Assembly (NCBI GenBank): GCA_963822935.1
Contig: CAWGJP010000002.1
Span: 119,381 to 183,380, forward strand
Source of the DNA: an uncultured Alphaproteobacteria bacterium
GTDB lineage: Bacteria > Pseudomonadota > Alphaproteobacteria > Rhizobiales > Xanthobacteraceae
Length of the DNA: 64,000 nucleotides
Direction of reading: 5' to 3'
Shown here: positions 19,596 through 28,977 of the stretch, piece by piece
Layout: the number at the start of each line of letters is the position of its first letter
Position numbering within the stretch: the stretch's first letter is position 1
The notes under the pieces: generated by a model
The model's input: only the letters and a program-made list of their open reading frames with translations
Told to the model about the DNA's origin: nothing
The model's database searches: none
Position numbers and translations under genes: made by a program

Positions 19596-20333
19596 ATGGA
19601 TGTCGTCGACCTACGAAATTTCTATAGCCAGCAGCTGGGCATCGTGGCGCGCCGCTTCGTCAGCCGCGGCATCCGCGCGCGCTGGAGCGACACGCGGGCG
19701 TTGCGGGTCTTGGGGGTGGGCTATGCCACGCCGTATCTCGGCCTGTTCCGCGAAGAGGCCGAGCGCTGCCTGGCTTTGATGCCGGCGGCCCAGGGGGTGG
19801 TGCGCTGGCCCTCAACGCGCCCGGCATTGGCCGCGCTGGTCGAGGAAGACGAATTGCCGCTGACAGATTCCGCGGTCGATCGCGTGCTGCTGGTCCATGC
19901 CCTGGAAATGTCATCCGATCCCGCGGAATTGTTGCGCGAAGCATGGCGGGTGCTGGCGGCCGGGGGTCGGCTTCTCGCCGTGGTGCCCAATCGGCGTGGA
20001 CTGTGGGCGCGCATGGATACGACGCCGTTCGGTCAAGGCCGGCCCTATTCGCGCACCCAGATCACGCAGCTTCTACGCGACACCTGGTTCACTCCGACCG
20101 GCTGGGGCGACGCGCTTTATGTGCCGCCAATCCCGCGCGGCTGGTTCTTGCGCTCCGCGGTGGCGTGGGAACGCACCGGCGCAACGCTGTCGGCGCCGTT
20201 CGCCGGCGTGCATATCGTCGAGGCGACCAAGCAGGTCTACCGCGCCATCCCGGCGCGGCGCGAAAGGCGCCGGCTCGTTCCGGCGCTGCAGCCGGTGCTG
20301 GCGCCCTCGCCCGGCGCCGCAGCCATGCGGTAA
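19596..20333 (+). CDS. class I SAM-dependent methyltransferase
   Basis: In-frame ATG at 19596 (MDVVDLRNFY...). VLGVGYATPY and VDRVLLVHALE...GGRLLAVVPNR match the Methyltransf_11 pattern. The track ORF start at 19224 runs through the REP element. Confidence 0.75.
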   Translation: MDVVDLRNFYSQQLGIVARRFVSRGIRARWSDTRALRVLGVGYATPYLGLFREEAERCLALMPAAQGVVRWPSTRPALAALVEEDELPLTDSAVDRVLLVHALEMSSDPAELLREAWRVLAAGGRLLAVVPNRRGLWARMDTTPFGQGRPYSRTQITQLLRDTWFTPTGWGDALYVPPIPRGWFLRSAVAWERTGATLSAPFAGVHIVEATKQVYRAIPARRERRRLVPALQPVLAPSPGAAAMR

Positions 20334-20348
20334 TCGCCGCGCCCGGAC

Positions 20349-20969
20349 CTATGCGGGAAACGGTCCCCATGCGCGCTGCACGGCGGGACGCGCCGCGATG
20401 GCGTCGTGCCAGCGCTGCACATGAGGATAATCCTTAAGCCCGATGTCTTTGACGCCGTGGAGATGCACGTCGGAATACATTGTCATATCGGCGATCGAAT
20501 AATCCCCGCCGCAATATTCGTTCGCGGCAAGATGCCGGTCGAGGACGCCGAGCATGTCACGCAAGTTTGCCTCGTAATGCTCCTGCGCCGGCGGCGCCTT
20601 CACCGGTGAGCGTATCGTCCAATGTCCGAACTGCTGCGCCAGCGTCGTGAATGTCGCCGAACCGTAGAACAACCATTGGTCCACTTTGGCGCGGGCGACC
20701 GCGTCACTCGGATAAAATTTGCCGGATTTTTCCGCGAGATATTTGAGGATCGCGCCCAACTCGCAAAGCGTCACGCGGGCGCGGCCGGGCCCATCATCGT
20801 CGACAATGGCCGGGATCTTGTGTCCCGGGCTGAGCTTCATGAATTCCGGAGACATCTGCGCCTTCTCCCGCAGATTGACCGGAACGATGCGATGCGGAAG
20901 TCCGGTTTCCTCCAACATCACGCGCGGCTTGTAGCCGTTATCGGTCATCCACGTGTAGCAATCGATCAT
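20349..20969 (-). CDS. glutathione S-transferase
   Basis: 206 aa with an N-terminal thioredoxin-like fold (KIPAIVDDDG...LCELGAILKYLAE) and a C-terminal GST helix bundle. Confidence 0.85.
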   Translation of the reverse strand: MIDCYTWMTDNGYKPRVMLEETGLPHRIVPVNLREKAQMSPEFMKLSPGHKIPAIVDDDGPGRARVTLCELGAILKYLAEKSGKFYPSDAVARAKVDQWLFYGSATFTTLAQQFGHWTIRSPVKAPPAQEHYEANLRDMLGVLDRHLAANEYCGGDYSIADMTMYSDVHLHGVKDIGLKDYPHVQRWHDAIAARPAVQRAWGPFPA

Positions 20970-21096
20970 TCCATCCTCCTGAACGCGGCCGTTTTTTCGG
21001 CCTTAAGTGCTGTTGTACGGCGGCAGAGATGCTTTTGAGAAGCAGTCAGGAATTGCAATCGTCGCATGCGGTTGCGCCGTTCACTCCGGCCATTTT

Positions 21097-22218
21097 TCAC
21101 CCAGGCCACGGCTCGGCAGTAACAGACGCGGCATCGGCGCCGACATAATCGAGCAGGCTTGTTTGCCGGTCGCGCTCGAGCGCGTCGAGAAGGCTGGTCT
21201 TGATCTCGGCGACAAGGCCCAGGCCGCGGAAAACCAGCCCCGAATAGACCTGAACGAGGCTGGCGCCGGCGCGGATTTTACCGAGCGCACTGGCGCCGGA
21301 ATCGATGCCGCCGGCGCCCACCAGCGGGAACACGCCTTCCACTCTTACATAGGTCTCGGCCAGCATGCGGTTGGCGAGCGGCAGCAGCGGCCGGCCCGAC
21401 AGGCCGCCCGCCTCTTTGGCCTTTTCCACGTCGCGCAGGCTTTTCGGCCGCGCCACGGTGGTATTACCGACGATCATGCCGTCGACGCGGCGCGAACGCG
21501 CGATGCCGACGGCGTCGTCGAGATCGGACAGCGAAAGATCGGGCGCGATTTTGAGCAGCACCGGCGTCGGTCCAGCCTTCGGTGCTACACGATCGCGGGC
21601 GTCGATCACGCGCGCCAGAAGGTCATCAAGCACGGCGGCCTGCTGCATGTTGCGCAAGTCCGGCGTATTGGGCGACGAGATATTGACCGTGACATAGCTT
21701 GCCACCGCGGCGAAGCGCTCGATCAATTGCACGTAGTCGGCAATACGGTCGGGCGTATCCTTGTTGGCGCCGACATTGATGCCGACAATGCCACCGGCTC
21801 GCGCCCGCTCTGCGAGCCGGCGCAGCACAGCGTCGGCGCCCTGCGAATTGAAGCCGAGTCGATTGATCACGCCGGCGTCGGCGTCGAGCCGAAACAAGCG
21901 CGGCCGCGGATTGCCGGCCTGCGGCTTTGGCGTGATGGTGCCGGCTTCGACGAAGCCAAACCCGACCCGCAACAACGCATCCGGCACTTGCGCGTTCTTG
22001 TCGAAACCGGCGGCGATCCCGACCGGATTAGGGAAGTTGAGCCCGAACACCCGCAGCGCGAGCCGCTTGTCGTCCGCGGCGGCTGGCGGCATCGGTGTAA
22101 ATTTCAATAGCCTGATCGCCAGGCCATGCGCGTCTTCCGGGTCGAGCGCGCGCAAAAACGGCCGTGCCAGGCGGTCGAACAAGCCGATCACGGTTTCAGC
22201 TCCGGCAGCGCGCGCCAT
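21097..22218 (-). CDS. pyrD: dihydroorotate dehydrogenase (quinone)
   Basis: FPNPVGIAAGFDKNA, GFGFVEAGTITP and NISSPNTP motifs. An alternative GTG start at 22191 overlaps the DUF952 stop as GTGA. Confidence 0.9.
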   Translation of the reverse strand: MARAAGAETVIGLFDRLARPFLRALDPEDAHGLAIRLLKFTPMPPAAADDKRLALRVFGLNFPNPVGIAAGFDKNAQVPDALLRVGFGFVEAGTITPKPQAGNPRPRLFRLDADAGVINRLGFNSQGADAVLRRLAERARAGGIVGINVGANKDTPDRIADYVQLIERFAAVASYVTVNISSPNTPDLRNMQQAAVLDDLLARVIDARDRVAPKAGPTPVLLKIAPDLSLSDLDDAVGIARSRRVDGMIVGNTTVARPKSLRDVEKAKEAGGLSGRPLLPLANRMLAETYVRVEGVFPLVGAGGIDSGASALGKIRAGASLVQVYSGLVFRGLGLVAEIKTSLLDALERDRQTSLLDYVGADAASVTAEPWPG

Positions 22219-22538
22219 CCGTCCAGCTCATCCGGCAGCGGCTGCGCCCGAAGCACTGCGTTGACCGGGAGCACGGCATAAAGGTGGGGAAACAGATCGC
22301 CGCCGCGCGAGCGTTCCCATTTGAGCGCCGTGCCGAGCGCGTTGCCATCGATCGCAATCAGCATCAGATCCCTTTGCCCCGCGAAATGCTTTGCCGCCGT
22401 TTCGGCGAGCTGTGCGGCCGTCGAGAAGTGGATGAAGCCATCGCGCCCATCGACGTCCGAGCCGCGAAAAATCCTCGCGTCTTGCGCCTCCTGCCACGCC
22501 GTGCGCTCGCAGATTTTGTAAATGGTGGTCACGCGCAA
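22188..22538 (-). CDS. DUF952 family protein
   Basis: 116 aa with IYKI...W, DGFIHFSTAAQ and WERSRGGDLFPHLY, immediately upstream of pyrD. Confidence 0.7.
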   Translation of the reverse strand: MRVTTIYKICERTAWQEAQDARIFRGSDVDGRDGFIHFSTAAQLAETAAKHFAGQRDLMLIAIDGNALGTALKWERSRGGDLFPHLYAVLPVNAVLRAQPLPDELDGWRALPELKP

Positions 22539-22630
22539 CCCGTTTGCGACCTCACTTGGCGCGGGACCCTATCGGCCCTTGAGCATTCAGGCAATAATTC
22601 CTATCATGCGGGTCCTCCGTAGAGGTTTGT

Positions 22631-23260
22631 ATGCTCACCCACGCGCAGGTCTGGTCGGCCATCGATCGCCTCGCCGCGCGCGCCGGCCTATCGGCTTCGG
22701 GGCTCGCCCGTCGCGCCGGGCTCGATCCGACGACCTTCAACAAGTCAAAACGCGTAACGCCGCAAGGGCGCGCACGCTGGCCCTCGACCGAATCCATCGC
22801 CAAGGCGTTGGCCGCCACGAGCACCCCATTCGACACTTTCGTGACCCTGATCGAGCCCGGCCCCGCCGGCGTCGCACGGGCGGTGCCGCTGCTCGGTTTT
22901 GCCGAAGCTGGCGCCGGCGGCTATTTCGACGACGGCGGCTTTCCGGCCGGCGAAGGCTGGGACGAGATCGCCTTCCCGGCCGTCACCGACGAGCATGCTT
23001 ACGCGCTCGAAGTCTCCGGCCAGTCGATGGAGCCGGCCTACCGCGATGGCGACGTCATCGTGGTGTCGCCGTCGGCGCCGATCCGCCGCGGCGATCGCGT
23101 CGTGGTGCGGACCAAAGACGGCGAAGTGCTCGCCAAGGAGCTCAAGCGGCGGACGGCCAAATCAATCGAGCTGAAATCGCTCAATACTCAGCATCCCGAC
23201 CGCACGCTGGCGACGATTGACGTGCTGTGGATCGCCCGGATTTTGTGGGCAAGCCAGTGA
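22631..23260 (+). CDS. HTH (XRE-like) + S24 LexA/CI-type autopeptidase repressor
   Basis: N-terminal LSASGLARRAGLDPTTFNKSKR helix-turn-helix. Then PLLGFAEAGAGGYF, SGQSMEP (Ser) and VLAKELK (Lys). Confidence 0.8.
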   Translation: MLTHAQVWSAIDRLAARAGLSASGLARRAGLDPTTFNKSKRVTPQGRARWPSTESIAKALAATSTPFDTFVTLIEPGPAGVARAVPLLGFAEAGAGGYFDDGGFPAGEGWDEIAFPAVTDEHAYALEVSGQSMEPAYRDGDVIVVSPSAPIRRGDRVVVRTKDGEVLAKELKRRTAKSIELKSLNTQHPDRTLATIDVLWIARILWASQ

Positions 23261-24904
23261 TCAGGCGGAGTGGGCCAGCGCGCCGTCGATCATGTCGACG
23301 GTGTTCTTGATGCCGTAGGCGGCAACGAACGAGCCGAAACGTGGACCGCGCTCCTGTCCGAGCAGCACCTGATAGAGCATATTGAACCAGTCGAGCGAAA
23401 CGCCGGGCTTGCCGTCCTTGGCCTTTTTCTTTTGGTCGAGAAACGGCTCACGCCGGCCGACTTCATAGACCACGTCCTGGATCGTTTGCGCGTCTGTATC
23501 CGCCAGCAATTGCGACAAGGCATCGCGCAGATCGATCAGAGCGGCGCGTTCGGGGATGCTCGGCGCGCGGTACTTTTTCGCCGGCGCAACAAAATCGCGA
23601 TAGTAATTTATGGCGTAGTCGACCAGCGCAGCCAGCCGCGGATGGCTTTGCCGTGTCACGCCGGGCTGGTAGCGGCCGATAAAACCCCATAGCGTGTCAG
23701 CGTTCTCGGCGTTCGACGCAGTGACCAGCGACAGCAGCATGGCGAACGGCACCGGATTGTCGGGCGGCGGCGGTGCGCCGCCATGGATATGCCAGACCGG
23801 ATTGCCGAGCTGCTCCTTAATACCCTGCCGTGGATAAGCGTCGAGAAATTGCAGATAGTCGTCGACGTTGCGCGGGATGACGTCGAAATAAAGCCTCTTC
23901 GCCGCCTTCGGCTCGCGATACATGAAAAGCGACAGGCTCTCCGGGCTGGCGTAACGCAGCCATTCGTCGATGGTCAGACCGTTGCCCTTGGACTTTGAGA
24001 TTTTCTGCCCATTCTCATCGAGGAACAGCTCGTAATTGAACCCTTCCGGCGGCGCACCGCCCAGCACGCGGCAGATTTCGCCGGACAACTTGACCGAGTC
24101 GATCAAATCTTTCCCGGCCATCTCGTAGTCGACGCCGAGCGCGACCCAGCGCATCGCCCAATCCGGCTTCCATTGCAGCTTGCAGCGCCCGCCGGTGACC
24201 GGCGTGGTGACGCGCTCCTTATCAATAGAATCCGGATGCTCGTAAGTGATGGTTCCTGCCTTGGCATCATGCCCGACGACCGGCACCTGCAAGACAATTC
24301 CGGTGTGCGGATCGATCGGCAGAAACGGCGAATAAGTCTGCGCGCGCTCTTCGCGCAGCGACGGCAGCATGACTTCCATGACTTGTTCGAAATGCGCCAG
24401 CATCCGCAACAGCGCGGCGTCGAACCGCCCCGACGTGTAACAGGCAGTCGACGACATGAACTCGTAGTCGAAGCCGAACTGGTCGAGAAAGGCGCGCAGC
24501 CGCGCGTTGTTGTGTGCGGCGAAACTGTCATGGGTGCCGAACGGGTCCGGCACTTGCGTGAGCGGCTTGCCGAGATGCGCCGCCACCATGTCCTTGTTCG
24601 GAACGTTGTCGGGGACTTTGCGCAACCCGTCCATATCGTCGGAGAACGCGATCAGCCGCGTCTTAATTTTGTCGTCGGTAAGGACACGAAAGGCGTGGCG
24701 CACCATCGTGGTACGCGCGACCTCGCCGAAGGTGCCGATATGCGGCAGCCCGGACGGTCCATAGCCGGTCTCGAAAATCACTTCGTCCTTCGGCTTCCTC
24801 TTCAACCGCACAACGATCTTGCGCGCCTCTTCGAATGGCCAGGCGTGCGACAGCTCGGCGACTTCGCGAAGCGAGGCGGCAGAAGGTTCTCCGGTCGTCA
24901 TCAA
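23261..24904 (-). CDS. lysK: lysine--tRNA ligase, class I
   Basis: 547 aa with [12 protein letters not shown] (HIGH-type) and KISKSKGNG (KMSKS-type). The architecture is that of class I LysRS, known in many Alphaproteobacteria. Confidence 0.9.
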   Translation of the reverse strand: MMTTGEPSAASLREVAELSHAWPFEEARKIVVRLKRKPKDEVIFETGYGPSGLPHIGTFGEVARTTMVRHAFRVLTDDKIKTRLIAFSDDMDGLRKVPDNVPNKDMVAAHLGKPLTQVPDPFGTHDSFAAHNNARLRAFLDQFGFDYEFMSSTACYTSGRFDAALLRMLAHFEQVMEVMLPSLREERAQTYSPFLPIDPHTGIVLQVPVVGHDAKAGTITYEHPDSIDKERVTTPVTGGRCKLQWKPDWAMRWVALGVDYEMAGKDLIDSVKLSGEICRVLGGAPPEGFNYELFLDENGQKISKSKGNGLTIDEWLRYASPESLSLFMYREPKAAKRLYFDVIPRNVDDYLQFLDAYPRQGIKEQLGNPVWHIHGGAPPPPDNPVPFAMLLSLVTASNAENADTLWGFIGRYQPGVTRQSHPRLAALVDYAINYYRDFVAPAKKYRAPSIPERAALIDLRDALSQLLADTDAQTIQDVVYEVGRREPFLDQKKKAKDGKPGVSLDWFNMLYQVLLGQERGPRFGSFVAAYGIKNTVDMIDGALAHSA

Positions 24905-24958
24905 TCGTGCTTTCGTTGCGGCTCGCGTGCTATGGCGTCAAATACGGCCAATGCAAAG

Positions 24959-25888
24959 TCAAAACGGACTGATTGGAAAGTAGCGCAGCCACAGATCGGT
25001 ATAGGTGCCCTTCTCCCATTGCCGGAACAAGGCCCAGTTCAAGGCTTGCCGCAACAGATCATTGCCGCGCTTGACGGCGATGCCGATGCCCTCACCGAAG
25101 AAGCGGCTTTCCAGATACGGCCCGCCGCGGAATGCGCAGCAGCCGGCCGAATCGGTGCCGTTGAGCCAGAGCGCCAACGAAATACCGTCGCCGAACAGGA
25201 GGTCGACGTCCTTGTTGCGCAACGCTGAGCGCGCCGCTTCGTCGTTGGCGTAAAGTTTCACCTCGGCTTCCGTGAACATTTCTTTCAAAAACGCCTCATG
25301 CGCGGTACCGGCGACCACCGCGATCGTCTTGCCCTCGACCAGCTCCGGCCGCACATCGCCGATCGGGCTGTCAACGCGGGCCACGAAACGCGCCGGCGTG
25401 CGGTAGTACGGATCGGTGAAATCGGCGCGCTGGCGCGCCTCCGCAGTCGGCGCAATCGAGGCGATCACGGCGTCGCCTTGATTGGCGTTGAGCGCATCTA
25501 GCAGCAAATCGAACCGGCGCGCCTGAATGGTGCAAGTGACCTTGATCTCGTCGCATAACAGCCGAGCCAGATCGACGTTGAAGCCGGCTGGATTGCCGTC
25601 CGTGCCGGCAAAATCGAACGGCGGATAATCGAGGTCGGTGAGGAAGCGGATCGATTGGATGCGCGACAGGTCGGGGCGCTCCGGCCGGCGGCGCGGATCC
25701 CAGAATCCGGGAACCGCCGCGCCGCGCGGCAAAACGACGCCATCCTGCCCCCAGGCCGGGTGCGCACCGGGACCGGCGGAGAACGCCGCACAAAGCGCCG
25801 CCGCGGAGGCAAGCGCCCCAATGATTCGCGCGAAACTCAGTGGTCTTGCTATTCCAGGTGGCATACGCCACCATTGCATCGGGTGCAT
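24959..25888 (-). CDS. periplasmic substrate-binding protein (family 3, amino-acid type)
   Basis: Signal-peptide-like ARIIGALASAAALCAAFS, then YPPFDF...GFNVDLARLLC. The ATG at 25888 is preferred over the track start. Confidence 0.75.
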   Translation of the reverse strand: MHPMQWWRMPPGIARPLSFARIIGALASAAALCAAFSAGPGAHPAWGQDGVVLPRGAAVPGFWDPRRRPERPDLSRIQSIRFLTDLDYPPFDFAGTDGNPAGFNVDLARLLCDEIKVTCTIQARRFDLLLDALNANQGDAVIASIAPTAEARQRADFTDPYYRTPARFVARVDSPIGDVRPELVEGKTIAVVAGTAHEAFLKEMFTEAEVKLYANDEAARSALRNKDVDLLFGDGISLALWLNGTDSAGCCAFRGGPYLESRFFGEGIGIAVKRGNDLLRQALNWALFRQWEKGTYTDLWLRYFPISPF

Positions 25889-25974
25889 GTCTGTTTCCGT
25901 CTCGGGCCCGCTTAGCGGGGGCTTAGGGAAAAGTCGAGGCGGACGATGCTGGGCGTTGCGGCGGGGGGGCACCG

Positions 25975-28086
25975 GTGGTGGTCGGTGGCATTGGAGTCGC
26001 GGGCGTTCGCCGCGCCCGAGTGAGAAATTGGCTCACCGACGTCGCGCCGACGACGATCCTGCCGCACCTCGGCCCTCGTGAGTTCGGCCGTCACGAGCCT
26101 ATTGCGAGCCGACCGGGCGACTGTCTGGAACTCGACTGTATTCGTCACCTGTTGCCGAGCCGGATTCTGGCCGCCGCCGAGCAGCGCGCAAGGTCGATGG
26201 GCGTCGGCGCGGATCGCGTATTGATTTGCGCCGACGCCATTACCGAGGAGGCCTATCTTACGGCGCTCGCGCGCTCTCTCGGCACCTCCTATGAGCGGTT
26301 CGACCGAATTTCGCGGGCCGCCTGTCCACTCGATGACGATCAACTGGTGCAGGCTGCGGCGGCCGGCCTGCTGCCGCTGCGCGAAGGACGTGGATTGGTG
26401 TGGATCATCGCGCCGCCCGGCATTACCGCCCGCCGGCTTGCCGATCCTCGACGGCAACGTCCGGCGTGGCTGCAATCGTTCCGGCTGACTTCGGCGGACC
26501 GGCTCCGCCAATTCGCTCTCCAGCATAGCCAGCGCGCGCTTGGCCGGCGCGCCGCCGAGAGCCTTCGCCAGCATCGGCCGCTGTTCTCAAATGCGCCGCC
26601 GAAGGGTGGTAGGCCGGTCCTGAGGGTCATTACCCTGGCGGCACTCACGTTCCTCTTTTTCACCCTTGCGCCACTTCCCATCATCGAAGGGGTGAGCGGT
26701 TTATGTTGTGTCCTGTTTTTAGCGGCGGCGCTCCTGCGGCTGCTGAGCGCCTGCTTCGTCGCGACAGCCGCGGACACCCCTGCCGACCGCGACGACCGCG
26801 AACTGCCGATCTACACCGTCATCTGCGCGCTTTACCGGGAGGCGGCTGTCGTGAGGGACCTCGTCGGCGCCATCGACGTGAAATTCGTGATCGAGGCCGA
26901 CGATCAGGAGACGCGCCGCGCCCTCCTCGGCCTCAATCTCGGACCGCCGTTCGAAACCATCGTCGCACCGCCAATCGGCCCGCGCACCAAGCCGAAGGCG
27001 CTCAACGTCGCGCTGGCCCTGGCGCGGGGCGCGTACACCGTCGTCTATGACGCAGAGGATAAGCCCGAACCCGACCAGCTTCGCCGTGCGCTCGACGCGT
27101 TTCGCGAAGGCGGCAAACGGCTCGCTTGCGTCCAGGCCAGCCTGACCATCGATAACACCGCCGATAACTGGCTCGCGGGCATGTTCACCGCCGATTACGC
27201 CGGTCAGTTCGACGTTTTTCTTCGCGGCCTCGCGGCATTGAGCCTGCCGTTTCCTCTTGGTGGCTCATCGAATCATTTTCGCACCGCTGTGTTGCGCAAG
27301 GCGGGCGGCTGGGATTCGTACAACGTCACCGAAGATGCCGACCTCGGCATCCGCCTTTACCGCCTTGGCTATCGATCGGCGGCCATCGCGTCGACAACCT
27401 ATGAGGAAGCGCCGGCGCGCTTCATGCCTTGGCTCAGGCAGCGCACCCGTTGGTACAAGGGCTGGATGCAGACCTGGCTGGTGCACATGCGCCGCCCCGG
27501 CCGGCTATTCCGTGAATTGACGCCCGCCGGCGCCATCGCCTTTCAAATATTTTTTGCCGCCAACGTGCTGGCGGCTTTGATCCATCCTTTGTTCATGACC
27601 GGCCTCGGCGTCACGCTTTATGCGCTGCCGATGCCATGGGCGAACACGGTCATCGAGAATGCCGCGCCAATCTTCGTGACGAGCCTCCTCTCCGGCTACG
27701 TCTCAACGATCTTACTCGACGTGATCGGTTTGAGGCGCCGGGGACTGCTCGGCAATGCCTGGGTGCTCATTCTGACACCGCTGCATTGGCTGCTGCTGTC
27801 TGCGGCCGCATGGCGCGCGCTGTTTCAGCTGATCTACGCCCCCCAGCGCTGGGAAAAAACCGAACACGGCATGGCGAGAACGTCGCGCGTCGCCGGATCG
27901 CACCGCTTGCGGCCGCCACGCCAGCCTTTGCCCGATCAATCGCGGCAACGGCCGGTGCGAGAGCCGCGCCCAAGAATGACCGGCGGCCGAGCGCACGACG
28001 CGCACATCACCCAGATCGGCCCCGCCATGCCGATCGCACCGATGAAGATTATGGAGACGGCCCGCGGAACGCCGCTGGCGCGCTAA
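25975..28086 (+). CDS. membrane-bound family 2 glycosyltransferase (processive polysaccharide synthase type) with an N-terminal T2SS-E N-terminal-like domain
   Basis: GT2 core has YTVICALYRE, VYDAEDKPEPDQL, TEDADLG and QRTRWYKGWMQTW (QxxRW). TM spans lie before and after the core. The start (GTG 25975) is uncertain. Confidence 0.8.
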   Translation: MVVGGIGVAGVRRARVRNWLTDVAPTTILPHLGPREFGRHEPIASRPGDCLELDCIRHLLPSRILAAAEQRARSMGVGADRVLICADAITEEAYLTALARSLGTSYERFDRISRAACPLDDDQLVQAAAAGLLPLREGRGLVWIIAPPGITARRLADPRRQRPAWLQSFRLTSADRLRQFALQHSQRALGRRAAESLRQHRPLFSNAPPKGGRPVLRVITLAALTFLFFTLAPLPIIEGVSGLCCVLFLAAALLRLLSACFVATAADTPADRDDRELPIYTVICALYREAAVVRDLVGAIDVKFVIEADDQETRRALLGLNLGPPFETIVAPPIGPRTKPKALNVALALARGAYTVVYDAEDKPEPDQLRRALDAFREGGKRLACVQASLTIDNTADNWLAGMFTADYAGQFDVFLRGLAALSLPFPLGGSSNHFRTAVLRKAGGWDSYNVTEDADLGIRLYRLGYRSAAIASTTYEEAPARFMPWLRQRTRWYKGWMQTWLVHMRRPGRLFRELTPAGAIAFQIFFAANVLAALIHPLFMTGLGVTLYALPMPWANTVIENAAPIFVTSLLSGYVSTILLDVIGLRRRGLLGNAWVLILTPLHWLLLSAAAWRALFQLIYAPQRWEKTEHGMARTSRVAGSHRLRPPRQPLPDQSRQRPVREPRPRMTGGRAHDAHITQIGPAMPIAPMKIMETARGTPLAR

Positions 28087-28087
28087 C

Positions 28088-28702
28088 TTACATATAGCGC
28101 CGCAGATCGGTGGCTTCCGCGTCGGGCGTGCGGGTCATATTGAACGGCGCGACGAAACGGCCGTCTTTGTCCATCAGATAGACGATGGCGGTATGGTCCA
28201 TGGTGTAGTCGCCGTTTTCGAGCGGCACTTTCTTGGCATAGACCCGGTATTCCTTGATCGCGGTATCGATCTGCGCCTGGTCGCCGGTCAGACCGCGCAG
28301 ATGCGGGTCGAAGTTCGACAGATAATCCTTGAGCACTTTGGGCGTGTCCCGGTCCGGATCGACGGTGATGAACAATGCGCCGACGCGATTGGCGTCGGGG
28401 CCGAGCGCCTTCATCATCTGCGACATGTCGAACAGAGTGGTCGGGCAGATGTCCGGGCAATGGGTGAAGCCGAAAAATACCAGGAACGGGTGGCCCTTCA
28501 TCTGCGCGTCGGTGAACGGCTTGCCGTTCTGGTCTTCGAGATCGAGCGGTCCGCCGATGGCGGCTACCGCCTGACCGATCGGCGAGAATGGGCGGCCGGT
28601 GACGAAAAAAATGGCGGCGAAAATCAGAAAGAGCCCGCCCAGGAACGCCGCCAGCAACAGCATCAGGCGCGAGGCTTGGGCATTCAGTTTCGCGTTCATC
28701 AA
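28088..28702 (-). CDS. SCO1/SenC family copper chaperone
   Basis: N-terminal TM segment, FGFTHCPDICPTTL (CxxxC) and MDHTAIVYLMD. Confidence 0.85.
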   Translation of the reverse strand: MMNAKLNAQASRLMLLLAAFLGGLFLIFAAIFFVTGRPFSPIGQAVAAIGGPLDLEDQNGKPFTDAQMKGHPFLVFFGFTHCPDICPTTLFDMSQMMKALGPDANRVGALFITVDPDRDTPKVLKDYLSNFDPHLRGLTGDQAQIDTAIKEYRVYAKKVPLENGDYTMDHTAIVYLMDKDGRFVAPFNMTRTPDAEATDLRRYM

Positions 28703-28712
28703 TCTCGTCCGA

Positions 28713-28874
28713 TCAGCCGAAACACGCCGAAAACCCGACGCGGATGGTCTCGAAAAAGACCGTAGTGCCGTAATGGGCCCACAGTAAGACAGTGCCGATT
28801 AGCGCGAGCGCAACGACGGCAGCAGTCGCAAGCACCGGCAAGGGCAAATGTGAGCGGGCAACGCTATCGGGCAT
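28713..28874 (-). CDS. possible 53-aa single-TM protein upstream of the SCO1 gene
   Basis: Own translation: MPDSVARSHLPLPVLATAAVVALALIGTVLLWAHYGTTVFFETIRVGFSACFG*. It is below the ORF-track length cut-off and ends 10 nt before the SCO1 start. Confidence 0.3.
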   Translation of the reverse strand: MPDSVARSHLPLPVLATAAVVALALIGTVLLWAHYGTTVFFETIRVGFSACFG

Positions 28875-28977
28875 GGCTTGAGATCCCAGCCTTAGATAGG
28901 CCGGAACCCGAGCACGGACAACGGCACCGGGAGCCGTCCCGACGCCGGCCAGCCCAGGCCCGGTTCTGACCGCCGGG

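Noticed and set aside
25975-26500. Claim that the GT2 N-terminal domain binds c-di-GMP
   Set aside because: The canonical MshEN motif (RLGxxLLxxGLIxxxxLxxxLxxQ) could not be matched cleanly. Only the general T2SSE_N-like similarity is reported, as a hypothesis.
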